This document shows positions 27,898 through 36,445 of a stretch of DNA of 42,384 bases, piece by piece. The notes under the pieces are model-generated. The model saw only the letters and a program-made list of their open reading frames with translations. It was not told the DNA's origin and did no database searches. A program made the translations under genes and the position numbers. Every line of letters starts with the position of its first letter. Position 1 is the first letter of the stretch. This stretch comes from Chthoniobacteraceae bacterium. GTDB taxonomy: Bacteria; Verrucomicrobiota; Verrucomicrobiia; Chthoniobacterales; Chthoniobacteraceae. Where the stretch lies: positions 1 to 42,384 of the forward strand of contig JANNXQ010000058.1 of the NCBI GenBank assembly GCA_031409655.1, in the 5' to 3' direction.

Positions 27898-28106
27898 AAT
27901 ATCATGCGGTCATTGCGATGCTTCCGCGTCTTCTGCGCGCAGAAGAAGCTGCCGATTATGTAGGCGGTGAGACGATGCTAAAAGAATTAGCAATTGAGCC
28001 GTTTTCGCGCCGTAAAGGTTCAACGCTGTATGATCGAATCGATCTCGACCGCGCGATTGACGAACGCAAATACGCGGAAGCCGCTGCAGCTCTCAAGGGC
28101 CGCTAA
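27894..28106 (+). CDS. Excisionase-like (Xis/HTH_17-type) protein
   Basis: 'PRLLRAEEAADYVG..STLYDRIDLDRAID'; coupled to the XRE gene by ATGA; convergent on the integrase. Confidence 0.7.
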   Translation: MKYHAVIAMLPRLLRAEEAADYVGGETMLKELAIEPFSRRKGSTLYDRIDLDRAIDERKYAEAAAALKGR

Positions 28107-28108
28107 GG

Positions 28109-29170
28109 TCATCGCGCGTTCTCAATGTCGTCGTCTTTCGGGGCAAGATGTCCGTAGTGAGCTTCGACGACCTCCACACCATCGCCCATCCAGCGCGCCA
28201 CTTTGTAAATGCTCACGCCCGACTGCACCAGCAACGAGGCGAAGGTGTGGCGCATCACATGAGCAGTGACGCGTTGATTGTTGAACGTCATCGTGCGGCG
28301 GCCCAGCGATTGGCCGCTTTCGTCCACTGCATCGAGAAAGTCGTTAAAGGGACTGTGAAAGTCGTAGCGGTAGGTGCCCTTGCCGTGCGCGACTTCCGGC
28401 TTTAGCGCGAAGTCGCCGGTTTTTTTTCCTTTCAAATATCGACGCAAAAAACGGCGGAGCCGCTTTGTCATCGGAATCGTCCTGGCCTCGTTGTCCTTCA
28501 GCCGAAGCGTCTCCGTATTTTGCAGGTGCGTCGCGTGACCCTCAATGTCGAAGAAAAACACCCGAGATTCAATGATCTCATTTTTCCGCAGCCCGCCATC
28601 GAATCCGGCGAGCAAAATGAACAGCAAGTCATCATCCGTTGCCGCCTTGATCAACGTGTCTCGCTGCGGCTTGGTGCAAAAAACGACACGGGCCGGCTGG
28701 TCGATTTTCGCAAGTTCAAGGTCCGCGAAAGGGTTGATCCGGGCAATTTTCTTGTGCGCGTTGAAAAACGCCCGCAACGCGTGGATGTGGATTTGCGCAG
28801 TCGTTTCGGAGGCGCGAGCCCGTAAAGCCTCGAAGTGGTCACGGGCCAGCTTGGGAGGGATGGCGTCGAGCGAGAGCCCTTCGACCCGCCCACCAAACTC
28901 CCGGAGAGCGGCTCCATGAACGCGCGCCGTCGCGCGGGAATAGAGGTCCAGCCGCTGTTTCTCAGCGAGGTATTCTTCCACCGATCGGAGAAACGGCGTC
29001 TTCTCATCCGGGAAGCGATGCGCTCGCAGACCGCTTCCGCGGGTGATCGCCTCGACCGGATCGGAGGTGTCCAGAGAGATGTATCGGCGCTTTCCATCGC
29101 GCTGAAATTTCAGCCAGTAGATGTTTCCCCTCTTGTAAATGCCGCGGGTCAGTTTCGCAGGAGTGCTCAT
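28109..29170 (-). CDS. Tyrosine recombinase/integrase
   Basis: Arm-binding-like N-terminus 'GIYKRGNIYWLKFQRDGKRRYISLDT'; GLRKNE; HVMRHTFAS; terminal HYGHL; box II reads MGD rather than LGH. Confidence 0.93.
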   Translation of the reverse strand: MSTPAKLTRGIYKRGNIYWLKFQRDGKRRYISLDTSDPVEAITRGSGLRAHRFPDEKTPFLRSVEEYLAEKQRLDLYSRATARVHGAALREFGGRVEGLSLDAIPPKLARDHFEALRARASETTAQIHIHALRAFFNAHKKIARINPFADLELAKIDQPARVVFCTKPQRDTLIKAATDDDLLFILLAGFDGGLRKNEIIESRVFFFDIEGHATHLQNTETLRLKDNEARTIPMTKRLRRFLRRYLKGKKTGDFALKPEVAHGKGTYRYDFHSPFNDFLDAVDESGQSLGRRTMTFNNQRVTAHVMRHTFASLLVQSGVSIYKVARWMGDGVEVVEAHYGHLAPKDDDIENAR

Positions 29171-29192
29171 GTCCCACTTCACTGTCCCATTT
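29170..29192. repeat. Putative integrase arm-type sites (direct repeat)
   Basis: TGTCCCACTT (29170-29179) and TGTCCCATTT (29183-29192), between the integrase start and the tRNA 3' end. Confidence 0.55.
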
Positions 29193-29261
29193 TGAGGAAA
29201 AACGCAAGTTTGGACAGGTCTGCACACCCCTGATTTTAAGTGCTTTCCAGAGTAAAGGGGG

Positions 29262-29332
29262 AGCGGGTGAAGGGAATCGAACCCTCGTATGCAGCTTGGG
29301 AAGCTGCCGTTCTACCATTGAACTACACCCGC
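29262..29332 (-). tRNA. tRNA-Gly(CCC); CCA not encoded
   Basis: Reverse complement GCGGGTGTAGTTCAATGGTAGAACGGCAGCTTCCCAAGCTGCATACGAGGGTTCGATTCCCTTCACCCGCT; cloverleaf with CCC anticodon and GTTCGA T-loop. Confidence 0.97.
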
Positions 29333-29345
29333 GGTGCGGTGACCT

Positions 29346-30059
29346 TTACTGCCACGACAGGATGTCGTCGGAGATGGTCGTGCCTTTTTTGTAGGCCTTG
29401 TCGCCGGCTTTGCCAAGCTGGTTGTCTTTTCCCAGAGAAAATACGCCAACGCCGGCGCGGGCACCTTTGTCCTTGGTCCCGTCGTCGGGGCTTTCGGTGA
29501 AGTCGGTGTAGCGATCGGTGAGGTCGATCATGTCATTGTAGTTCTGGTCGATCACGATGGTGTATTGCTCGCCCCAAGGATCGAAGAAGCAGCCTTTCAG
29601 GCCGTCGCCACCGGCCCCGTCCTTATCCAGGAAACCGCCGCGGGGTTGGGCGGTGTTTGTGACGGCTTTGCCCTCGAAGAAGACGACGCGCTTTGGATTC
29701 ATCCGATGGGGTTTGGGCTCTTTATTGAGGCCTTCCGGGATGGCGCGCAGGGTGTTGAAGAGGGCGTTGTTGTTGATCTTGGCGTTGGCTTTGGCCGAGC
29801 CGCAGACGGCGTCTTTTTCCGCATCTTCGGCCGGACGATCTTCTTCGATGATTGGGTATTTGCCGTAGTCGAGGTTGTACTGTTTCACGGCCGTAGCGAT
29901 ACCGGAAACGTCGCTTCGGGCCTTCGTTTTGTTGGCCTGCTCCTTGACGAGGGAGATGGCTGGGAAGAGGAGCCCCATCAGGATCGCGATGATGGAGATG
30001 ACGGTGAGAAGTTCGATGAGGGTGAAGCCGCGGTGAGTTTGGCGAGGGGAGAAGTTCAT
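29346..30059 (-). CDS. Prepilin-type N-terminal cleavage/methylation domain protein (GspG-like pseudopilin)
   Basis: G|FTLIELLTVISIIAILMGLLFPAI; DPWGEQY; 'FSLGKD..DDILSW'. Confidence 0.9.
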   Translation of the reverse strand: MNFSPRQTHRGFTLIELLTVISIIAILMGLLFPAISLVKEQANKTKARSDVSGIATAVKQYNLDYGKYPIIEEDRPAEDAEKDAVCGSAKANAKINNNALFNTLRAIPEGLNKEPKPHRMNPKRVVFFEGKAVTNTAQPRGGFLDKDGAGGDGLKGCFFDPWGEQYTIVIDQNYNDMIDLTDRYTDFTESPDDGTKDKGARAGVGVFSLGKDNQLGKAGDKAYKKGTTISDDILSWQ

Positions 30060-30099
30060 TTGGAGTTCCTTTCGGGGCAAGCTAATGAAGGGCACAAGG

Positions 30100-30981
30100 A
30101 TGACAACTGAAAATCTCCTCCCGGTGCCTCCGGAAAACGGTTCGGCGCGAGTCTCCGTTTTCACGGAGACCTTTTTGGTGGCGGATGATGGGAAGTGCTT
30201 GCGGCTGTGCTCGGCGTCGATGGTTCCGAAGGTGCGCGCGGAACTGCTGATCACTCATGGGCTGGGGGAGCATGCGGGTCGTTATGCGCACGTGGCGGCG
30301 CGGCTCGCGGAAAGGGGGATCCGGGTGCATGTCTATGATCTCCGCGGGCATGGGCGTTCCGCGGGGAGGCGGGGCGATGTGGAAAATTACGACGTGCTGT
30401 TGCGCGATCTTCGGCGCGTTCACGGAGAGGTCGCGGCATCGGGGCAGCCGGTGTTTTTGTTCGGACACAGTATGGGTGGGCAGATCGTGGTGCGATTTTT
30501 GGAGGGCGATGGGCCAGTGGTGCGGGGAGCGGTGGTCGCTTCGCCGTGGCTGCGCCTGGCCTTTTCGCCATCCCGCTGGAAGGTGGCTCTGGCGCGGTTG
30601 GTGATGCGCTTTTTTCCAAGTCACTCGCAGCCGACGGGGATGCGTCTGGATCGGCTGACGCGGGACCAGGCGCATGTGGAGGCGATGCCGGATCGACTCC
30701 TGATGCACCATCGAATCTCGACGCGGATGTTCTTCGCGGTGCATACCGCAAGCGAGCGGGCGATCGCCGAGGCGGAGCGGGTGCGGACGCCGCTTCTTTT
30801 GCTCCATGGAGATGCCGATCCGGTGACGTGCTGCCGGGCGACGGCGGAGTTCCACGAGCGGGTATCGGCGCTGGATAAGTCGCTGCGGATTTTCCCGGGC
30901 GGGCTCCACGAGTTGCACAATGATGTGATCCGGGAAGACGTCTTGCGCGAAGTGGGTGATTGGGTGGTGGCGCGCTCGTGA
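30100..30981 (+). CDS. Lysophospholipase/monoacylglycerol lipase-type alpha/beta hydrolase
   Basis: HGLGEHAGRY, DLRGHGRS, GHSMGG, HGDAD, HELHND. Confidence 0.92.
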   Translation: MTTENLLPVPPENGSARVSVFTETFLVADDGKCLRLCSASMVPKVRAELLITHGLGEHAGRYAHVAARLAERGIRVHVYDLRGHGRSAGRRGDVENYDVLLRDLRRVHGEVAASGQPVFLFGHSMGGQIVVRFLEGDGPVVRGAVVASPWLRLAFSPSRWKVALARLVMRFFPSHSQPTGMRLDRLTRDQAHVEAMPDRLLMHHRISTRMFFAVHTASERAIAEAERVRTPLLLLHGDADPVTCCRATAEFHERVSALDKSLRIFPGGLHELHNDVIREDVLREVGDWVVARS

Positions 30982-31012
30982 TGGCGGGCGGAATCGGCGT
31001 CGGGGAGATTGA

Positions 31013-31040
31013 TTGACAGTGTAGGCCGACCTCCTACTTT
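31013..31040 (+). promoter_or_regulatory. Sigma-70 promoter for the REC-domain gene
   Basis: TTGACA-N16-TACTTT, ending 86 nt upstream of ATG 31127. Confidence 0.6.
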
Positions 31041-31126
31041 CAGGCACGTAAAGTGCGCTCCGGTTCACCTTCAGGCCCGCAGGGGTTTGGATCCCGCGGC
31101 ACGCGCTCAGTATCTCAGCTCCACGT

Positions 31127-32302
31127 ATGTCTCATAAAATTCTGGTCATCGACGACACGCTCGCGGCGTCCAAGCTCGCGGAGGCCGTGTTGGCGCAGAA
31201 TTTTAACAGCGTCGATGTGCTGCTCGCCCAGCGCGGGGCCGATGCCTTCGATCGCTTTAATGTCGCCCAGCCGGATGTGATCCTGCTCGACGAGGCCCTG
31301 CCAGACATGGACGCGGAGGCGGTCTGCTACCGGCTGCTCAACGACTCGGCGACGGCCAAGGTGCCGGTGGTGCTTTTCACCACGAACGGCAACGGCGAGG
31401 CAATCGCGGAGCGGTACCCGAATGTGGTGAAAGTGCTCCACAAGCCGGTGTCTCCCGAGGCGCTGCTCGAGACGCTGACGGCGACGCTGGCCAAGGTCCG
31501 GGTGACCGGCAATCCCGCGCGGCAGATGCTTTTCCATGATCCTGCGCGGACGCTTTTCAGCGGGCATACGGCTTTTTTCTCCCTGCGCTCGGCGCTCCAG
31601 ATGGCCTATGGAGACAAACTCACGGGGGTGCTCCGGTTTTTCATCAATCGGTTCCCGATCGACCTCTTCGTTGCGAAAGGGCGTTTCCTTTTTGCGACCT
31701 CGCGAAACTTTCAACTCTACTGCCGGGAGTCGCCCGTCATTCTTTCGTCCACCAACCTGGGCACGATCATTGAAGGTCAGGTGACGCAGAGCGCGAGCGG
31801 CTGTCCGATCTTTCTTTTCCTCTCGATGCGGGGTGGATTCCCGCACGACGACGTGGTGCAGATCACGCGCGACCACGGGATGCGGATCTTCGCGAATCTT
31901 TTCACGGCCGGGCGAGTGGCCTTCGAGTTTGAGGAGATCCAGCAGTTCCCGGAGTTTGCGAAAAGCTTCCCGCCGGCTTCGGAGGATCCCGATAACTGGA
32001 TCCTCGGGGCCTTGCGGCATGTGCGGTTCGAGAGTCTGATGGCCACCCAGCGCCCGGACCCGAATGGAAGCCCGGCCTATACCCGGAAGGGCTACGAGTT
32101 GATCCAGCGGCTCAAGTTGAACGATGTCGAAGCGCGGTTTGCGACGGCGATCAATGGGGCCGAGTCCCTGCAATCCATCGCGAAGAAGATCGGCATCCCG
32201 CTGAATGACGCCTTGCTGATCGTCTTTCGCTTCCAGGCGCTCGAGATTATCGACTATTGGAATTCGAGCGTGCTTTCGCTCCCGGCGGGTTCGGCGGCCT
32301 AG
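31127..32302 (+). CDS. Response regulator: REC plus PATAN/DUF4388-like domain
   Basis: REC 'ILVIDD..PDVILLDEALPDMD..KP'; 'LQMAYGDKLTGVLRF..LFVAKGRFLFATS'; C-terminal HTH-like segment. Confidence 0.78.
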   Translation: MSHKILVIDDTLAASKLAEAVLAQNFNSVDVLLAQRGADAFDRFNVAQPDVILLDEALPDMDAEAVCYRLLNDSATAKVPVVLFTTNGNGEAIAERYPNVVKVLHKPVSPEALLETLTATLAKVRVTGNPARQMLFHDPARTLFSGHTAFFSLRSALQMAYGDKLTGVLRFFINRFPIDLFVAKGRFLFATSRNFQLYCRESPVILSSTNLGTIIEGQVTQSASGCPIFLFLSMRGGFPHDDVVQITRDHGMRIFANLFTAGRVAFEFEEIQQFPEFAKSFPPASEDPDNWILGALRHVRFESLMATQRPDPNGSPAYTRKGYELIQRLKLNDVEARFATAINGAESLQSIAKKIGIPLNDALLIVFRFQALEIIDYWNSSVLSLPAGSAA

Positions 32303-32554
32303 CGGGCAGCGGGCTGGGGTTGGCCCGGTTGTTGCAGAGCAAAGCTCGCTGCGGATCGAATCCGATGCCGTTTCGGAAACGTTTCGAGACCGGCAGCGTC
32401 GAGTGGCACCAAAGCGCTCAGCGACCGCGAAATCACCGAGGGCCCAAGTGTTTACAGAAAATACAGTGGACTCTGTAATTATTGCCGATAAAAGTCTCGC
32501 CCGCCCTGAGGAAACCCTGACCCTCGCCAAGACCCAACCTTCATCGAATCCGAC

Positions 32555-33679
32555 ATGCAGAAACAGTCCCAGCCGAACCGCCGCCATCTGATCGTGCTTG
32601 CGCTGTCCCTGCTCGCAATCCTCCTGCCGGCTCGGATGGCGCACGCTCAAGATCCGGTCCGCCTACTGAACACGCAAGGTTCCACTAACGAGGCGAACTG
32701 GACGGTGGTCGCGGGCCGTCCGGGCGGTCTCAATCCGAAGCGGATGGTCCTGGACAATGGCATCGTGCGCATCACCTACCCGGCCACTTCGGACCGGGAA
32801 AGAGCCGGGCACGTTTTATATGTGAAGGTTCGCGGGAAATATGTGCCTGCCAGCGATCCGCATTTTGGCGACTGGACCTACGTCGGCAGCAGTTTCACCG
32901 ACGATGTCACCGGGTTCGAGATCTTGGAAAATTCGGTGGAGGTCGTGCGAGTGAGGCTGAGTTTCAACAATCACGTTCACGCATTTGCAAACAACCTCTC
33001 GCTCCCGGTCAAGAAGACTATCGCGCTCCACCGCGGGGGAAACGGCTATCGGGCGAGTGTCGAAGTGCCGAGTAACATTCCCGGCGAGCGGGAGATTGGT
33101 TTCAGCGGCTCGCAGACTCATCTTTTCAGCTATAGCACGAAGCGCGCACTCTTGTGGAGCCTGCGGATTCCGCCGCGTTTTGAAGATATCGACTACATGC
33201 TCCGGGATGAGGGACAGCCATCTGGCGACTGGTGGTCGGCCAGCGTTGCCTTCAAGGATAGCTTCTACCGATTGGTCTCGGTGCGCCCTGATTATCTTGG
33301 GGGAATTCGCACCGGCCAGTTTGTCGGCGGGGTCACTGGACATTTGATTCACTGGGTCTTTCAGGGCTTCTCAAATTACTCGGTGTACATCGCGGCAGTC
33401 CCTTATGATGGCCGCTGCGGGCGACGCATCACCGTCCGTGGAGACACGGCGACGGTGCATGTGCCGGTGGCCGGCCAGTATCAATTGTACTCTCGCTCGG
33501 TGGACGGGCGGAATTCCATTTACCTCCCAGTGCCCGGCTTGCTCAATCTCGTGCCCGGGGAAAATGCCGTGAAAGTCGTCCCCAATACCCTGCGGGCACC
33601 GATCATCGTTCCGTATTCAAACGGCGTGGATTTCCCGGAGGATATCTCCGCGCAGTACCGCGCCGGGGCCTTCGACTGA
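32555..33679 (+). CDS. Secreted hypothetical protein (beta-rich)
   Basis: Signal peptide ending AHA|Q; no family recognised. Confidence 0.75.
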   Translation: MQKQSQPNRRHLIVLALSLLAILLPARMAHAQDPVRLLNTQGSTNEANWTVVAGRPGGLNPKRMVLDNGIVRITYPATSDRERAGHVLYVKVRGKYVPASDPHFGDWTYVGSSFTDDVTGFEILENSVEVVRVRLSFNNHVHAFANNLSLPVKKTIALHRGGNGYRASVEVPSNIPGEREIGFSGSQTHLFSYSTKRALLWSLRIPPRFEDIDYMLRDEGQPSGDWWSASVAFKDSFYRLVSVRPDYLGGIRTGQFVGGVTGHLIHWVFQGFSNYSVYIAAVPYDGRCGRRITVRGDTATVHVPVAGQYQLYSRSVDGRNSIYLPVPGLLNLVPGENAVKVVPNTLRAPIIVPYSNGVDFPEDISAQYRAGAFD

Positions 33680-33690
33680 GCGGCGTCCGT

Positions 33691-34347
33691 TCAGGCGCGG
33701 CGGAGCCAGGCGGGCGTGCCATATTTTTCGGCGGCGAGCACGGCGGACTCGAGGATGAGCGCCTCCGCCACTGTTCGTTGCTCAATGCGGGCTCCCAACG
33801 CTGCGGTGAACAGTTTTTGAAAATCGGGAGGCAGGCCCGGGTGCTGGATGCTCCCTTGATGCAGAAGTCCGAACCGGGTCCTCCGCTGCGCAGCACCGGC
33901 GATTTTGGTGCAGCCGATGACGAGGTCATGGCGGGCCGCGTTTTCAAAGCACGTGTCGGAAACCTTGGGCGCAGGGTCTGGTGCCAGGGCGTCGGCCCCC
34001 ATTCCGAGCGCTGCCGCGAGGCTCTCGTGGATCGCCCGGTAGGAGTCTTCGGTGCGCATCTTGAAAAAAGCGCAGCCGGTCGGGATGAGGAGCGAATAGG
34101 TGAAGTCCTCGCCGTGCGGAACGATGCCGCCGCCAGTCCAGCGTCGGACGGCTTCGCGCCCCGGCCAGGCGCGTTCGACCTCGGCATATCTGCCAAAGTA
34201 GCCGAATGACACCGCGGGTCGCGCCCACCGGTAGATGCGGAGGAGGGGAAGGGTTGCCGTGCGCAGTAGCACTTCGTCGATCGCCATGTTCAGCGCCGCG
34301 GGATGCGGCTCGGGATCGTCGAGTCGCACGAGTTCGGAAAAGAGCAT
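33691..34347 (-). CDS. Lipoate-protein ligase A / LipM-like protein
   Basis: NMAIDEVLL, LRIYRWARPAVSFGYF, VRRWTGGGIVPH, KIAGAAQRR, LHQGSI. Confidence 0.9.
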   Translation of the reverse strand: MLFSELVRLDDPEPHPAALNMAIDEVLLRTATLPLLRIYRWARPAVSFGYFGRYAEVERAWPGREAVRRWTGGGIVPHGEDFTYSLLIPTGCAFFKMRTEDSYRAIHESLAAALGMGADALAPDPAPKVSDTCFENAARHDLVIGCTKIAGAAQRRTRFGLLHQGSIQHPGLPPDFQKLFTAALGARIEQRTVAEALILESAVLAAEKYGTPAWLRRA

Positions 34348-34351
34348 CCGC

Positions 34352-36109
34352 CTAGAAAAGGTCGGGATAGTGAATGCGCGCAACGGCTTCGCAGCATGCG
34401 GAAATTTCCGCTGCAGAGTCGAGCGTCTGAATCTCTTCCGCGAGCTGGCGGCAGACGTTGTAGTCGAGCGATTGCACCGCACGTTTGACGCGAGGCACGA
34501 GCGCCGCGCCGGTGCTCAATTCATCGACGCCGAGGCCAATGAGCAGCGGCGTGAGCGCGATCTCGCTGGCCATTTCGCCGCACACCCCGACCCAGAGTCC
34601 GTGCGCGTGCCCAGCTTCCACCGTCATGCGGATGAGCCTGATGATCGCCGGATGCGTGGGCTGGTAAAGATGCGCGATGTGCTCGTTCAGCCGATCCACG
34701 GCGATCGAATACTGGATCAGATCGTTCGTCCCGATGCTGAAGAAATCGACCTCTTTCGCGAGCAAGTCCGCGGCGACGGCGGCGCTCGGGATTTCGATCA
34801 TCGCGCCCACTTCCATGTCCTGATTGAAAGGCATGCCTTCCGCGCGCAGTTCCGCGCGGCACTCCTCGAGGAGGACGTTCGCTGCCCGCAGCTCTTCGAC
34901 GCCCGAGATCATCGGGTACATGATCTTCACATTGCCCGAAGCACTCGCCCGCAGGATTGCCCGGAGCTGAGTCTTGAAAATGTCCACGCGCTCGAGACAG
35001 AAGCGGATCGCCCGCCAGCCGAGGAAGGGATTGATCTCCTCGGGCATATTCAGCGAACTCATGAACTTGTCCCCGCCAAGATCCAGCGTGCGAATGATGA
35101 CGCCGTGCGGCCGCACTTTTTCCGCGACCGTGCGATACGCGACGAACTGTTCCTCCTCCGTCGGGAGCTCAATTTTGTTCAGGTAAAAGAATTCCGTCCG
35201 GTAAAGCCCCACGCCCTCGGCGCCGGCCTCGCGGGCGTGATCGGCATCGTCGGGCAGTTCGATATTCGCGCTCAGGATGACGTGCCGCCCATCGGTCGTC
35301 GTCGAACTGGTCTCGCGCAGTCGGGTGAGCTTTTCCTCGAAGGCCGTTTTGCGGATTTCCAGCTCGCCGTACTCCCAGAGCGTCTGGTCGTTCGGGTTGA
35401 CGATGACGAGGCCATTGTAGCCGTCGAGGAGAACGTGATCGCCAGTCTTCAGCTCGTCGCTGATGTCGTGCAGGCCGACGACTGCCGGTATGCAGAGCGA
35501 ACGCGCCATGATGGCGGTGTGCGAAGTTTTGCTCCCCACATCCGTGCCGAAGCCGAGAGCCAGCGACCGATTGAGCTGCGCGGTGTCGCTCGGCGTCAGA
35601 TTGTGCGCGATGAGGATGTGCGGCGTCTTCACCGCCGAGAGATCCCGCAGGCCACGGCCCATCAGATTGTTGATCACTCGCCGGGTAACGTCGTGGATAT
35701 CCAGCGCCCGTTCGCGCAGATACGGATCATCGATCTCGCTCAGCGTTTTCGCGTAGCGGTCGGCCACGCTCTTGAAGACAAATTCGATGTTCACCTTGTC
35801 CTTCGCCAACGTGCGCAGGACTTCGTCGATCAAGGTGCGATCCTCCACCACGAGCAGATGCGCGTCGAAGATGCTCGCATCCTTGGCCCCGATGGACTGC
35901 GCGATCTTCTCCTGCATCTCCATGATCTGCGCGCGCGTGGCGATCAGCGCGTTTTCAAATCGCTGGATCTCCGCCGGGATCTGCAACTCCTGAATCGGCG
36001 TTGGCTCCGGTGCCTGCTCGTCGGGGCGATAGACGAAAATCGTCCCGCGGGCGATCCCTGGCGAGACGCCGATTCCGTGAAAACGGCGCTCGGCAGTCGA
36101 TTCACTCAT
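34352..36109 (-). CDS. ptsI: Phosphoenolpyruvate-protein phosphotransferase (PTS enzyme I)
   Basis: TSHTAIMAR phospho-His; GVGLYRTEF; RTLDLGGDK; NPFLGWRAIR; SIGTNDLIQY; GVCGEMA. Confidence 0.96.
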   Translation of the reverse strand: MSESTAERRFHGIGVSPGIARGTIFVYRPDEQAPEPTPIQELQIPAEIQRFENALIATRAQIMEMQEKIAQSIGAKDASIFDAHLLVVEDRTLIDEVLRTLAKDKVNIEFVFKSVADRYAKTLSEIDDPYLRERALDIHDVTRRVINNLMGRGLRDLSAVKTPHILIAHNLTPSDTAQLNRSLALGFGTDVGSKTSHTAIMARSLCIPAVVGLHDISDELKTGDHVLLDGYNGLVIVNPNDQTLWEYGELEIRKTAFEEKLTRLRETSSTTTDGRHVILSANIELPDDADHAREAGAEGVGLYRTEFFYLNKIELPTEEEQFVAYRTVAEKVRPHGVIIRTLDLGGDKFMSSLNMPEEINPFLGWRAIRFCLERVDIFKTQLRAILRASASGNVKIMYPMISGVEELRAANVLLEECRAELRAEGMPFNQDMEVGAMIEIPSAAVAADLLAKEVDFFSIGTNDLIQYSIAVDRLNEHIAHLYQPTHPAIIRLIRMTVEAGHAHGLWVGVCGEMASEIALTPLLIGLGVDELSTGAALVPRVKRAVQSLDYNVCRQLAEEIQTLDSAAEISACCEAVARIHYPDLF

Positions 36110-36136
36110 ACTGAAGGAAGGCAAAACCCGAGCGCC

Positions 36137-36445
36137 TCAATCCTCATCGAATTTCCTCAAGACGATCGCTTCGATCTCCGCGAGAGCCTTCTCCGCATCC
36201 GCGCCCTCGCACGTCACCAGCAGCTTCGAGCCCTGCCCGGCGGCGAGCATCATCAGCCCCATGATGCTTTTTCCGTTCACGCGTTCACCGTCCTTTTCCA
36301 CCCAGATCTCGCTCTTGTGCTTGCTGCAAGTTTTCACAAACAGCGCGGACGGACGGGCATGGAGACCCAGTCGGTTCAAGATCGTCAGTTCCTTGCTGGC
36401 GGGGGATTTGGGGTTGGAGTCGGGTTTGCGGGTGAGAAATCCCAT
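36137..36445 (-). CDS. ptsH: HPr phosphocarrier protein
   Basis: GLHARPSA (His15) and GKSIMGLMML (Ser46). Confidence 0.95.
   Translation of the reverse strand: MGFLTRKPDSNPKSPASKELTILNRLGLHARPSALFVKTCSKHKSEIWVEKDGERVNGKSIMGLMMLAAGQGSKLLVTCEGADAEKALAEIEAIVLRKFDED

Larger units (their letters stand above)
22513..29262. mobile_element. Integrative mobilizable element (MOBF relaxase plus tyrosine integrase) at tRNA-Gly; left end undefined
   Basis: Integrase next to the tRNA 3' end; xis-like, XRE, wHTH and relaxase genes; visibly less GC-rich than the left flank; no T4SS or coupling protein genes. Confidence 0.85.

Noticed and set aside
32404..32420. TGGCAC upstream of the orphan secreted gene (also at 20992 and 27585 on the minus strand) as sigma54 promoters
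   Set aside because: No GC at the -12 position with correct spacing
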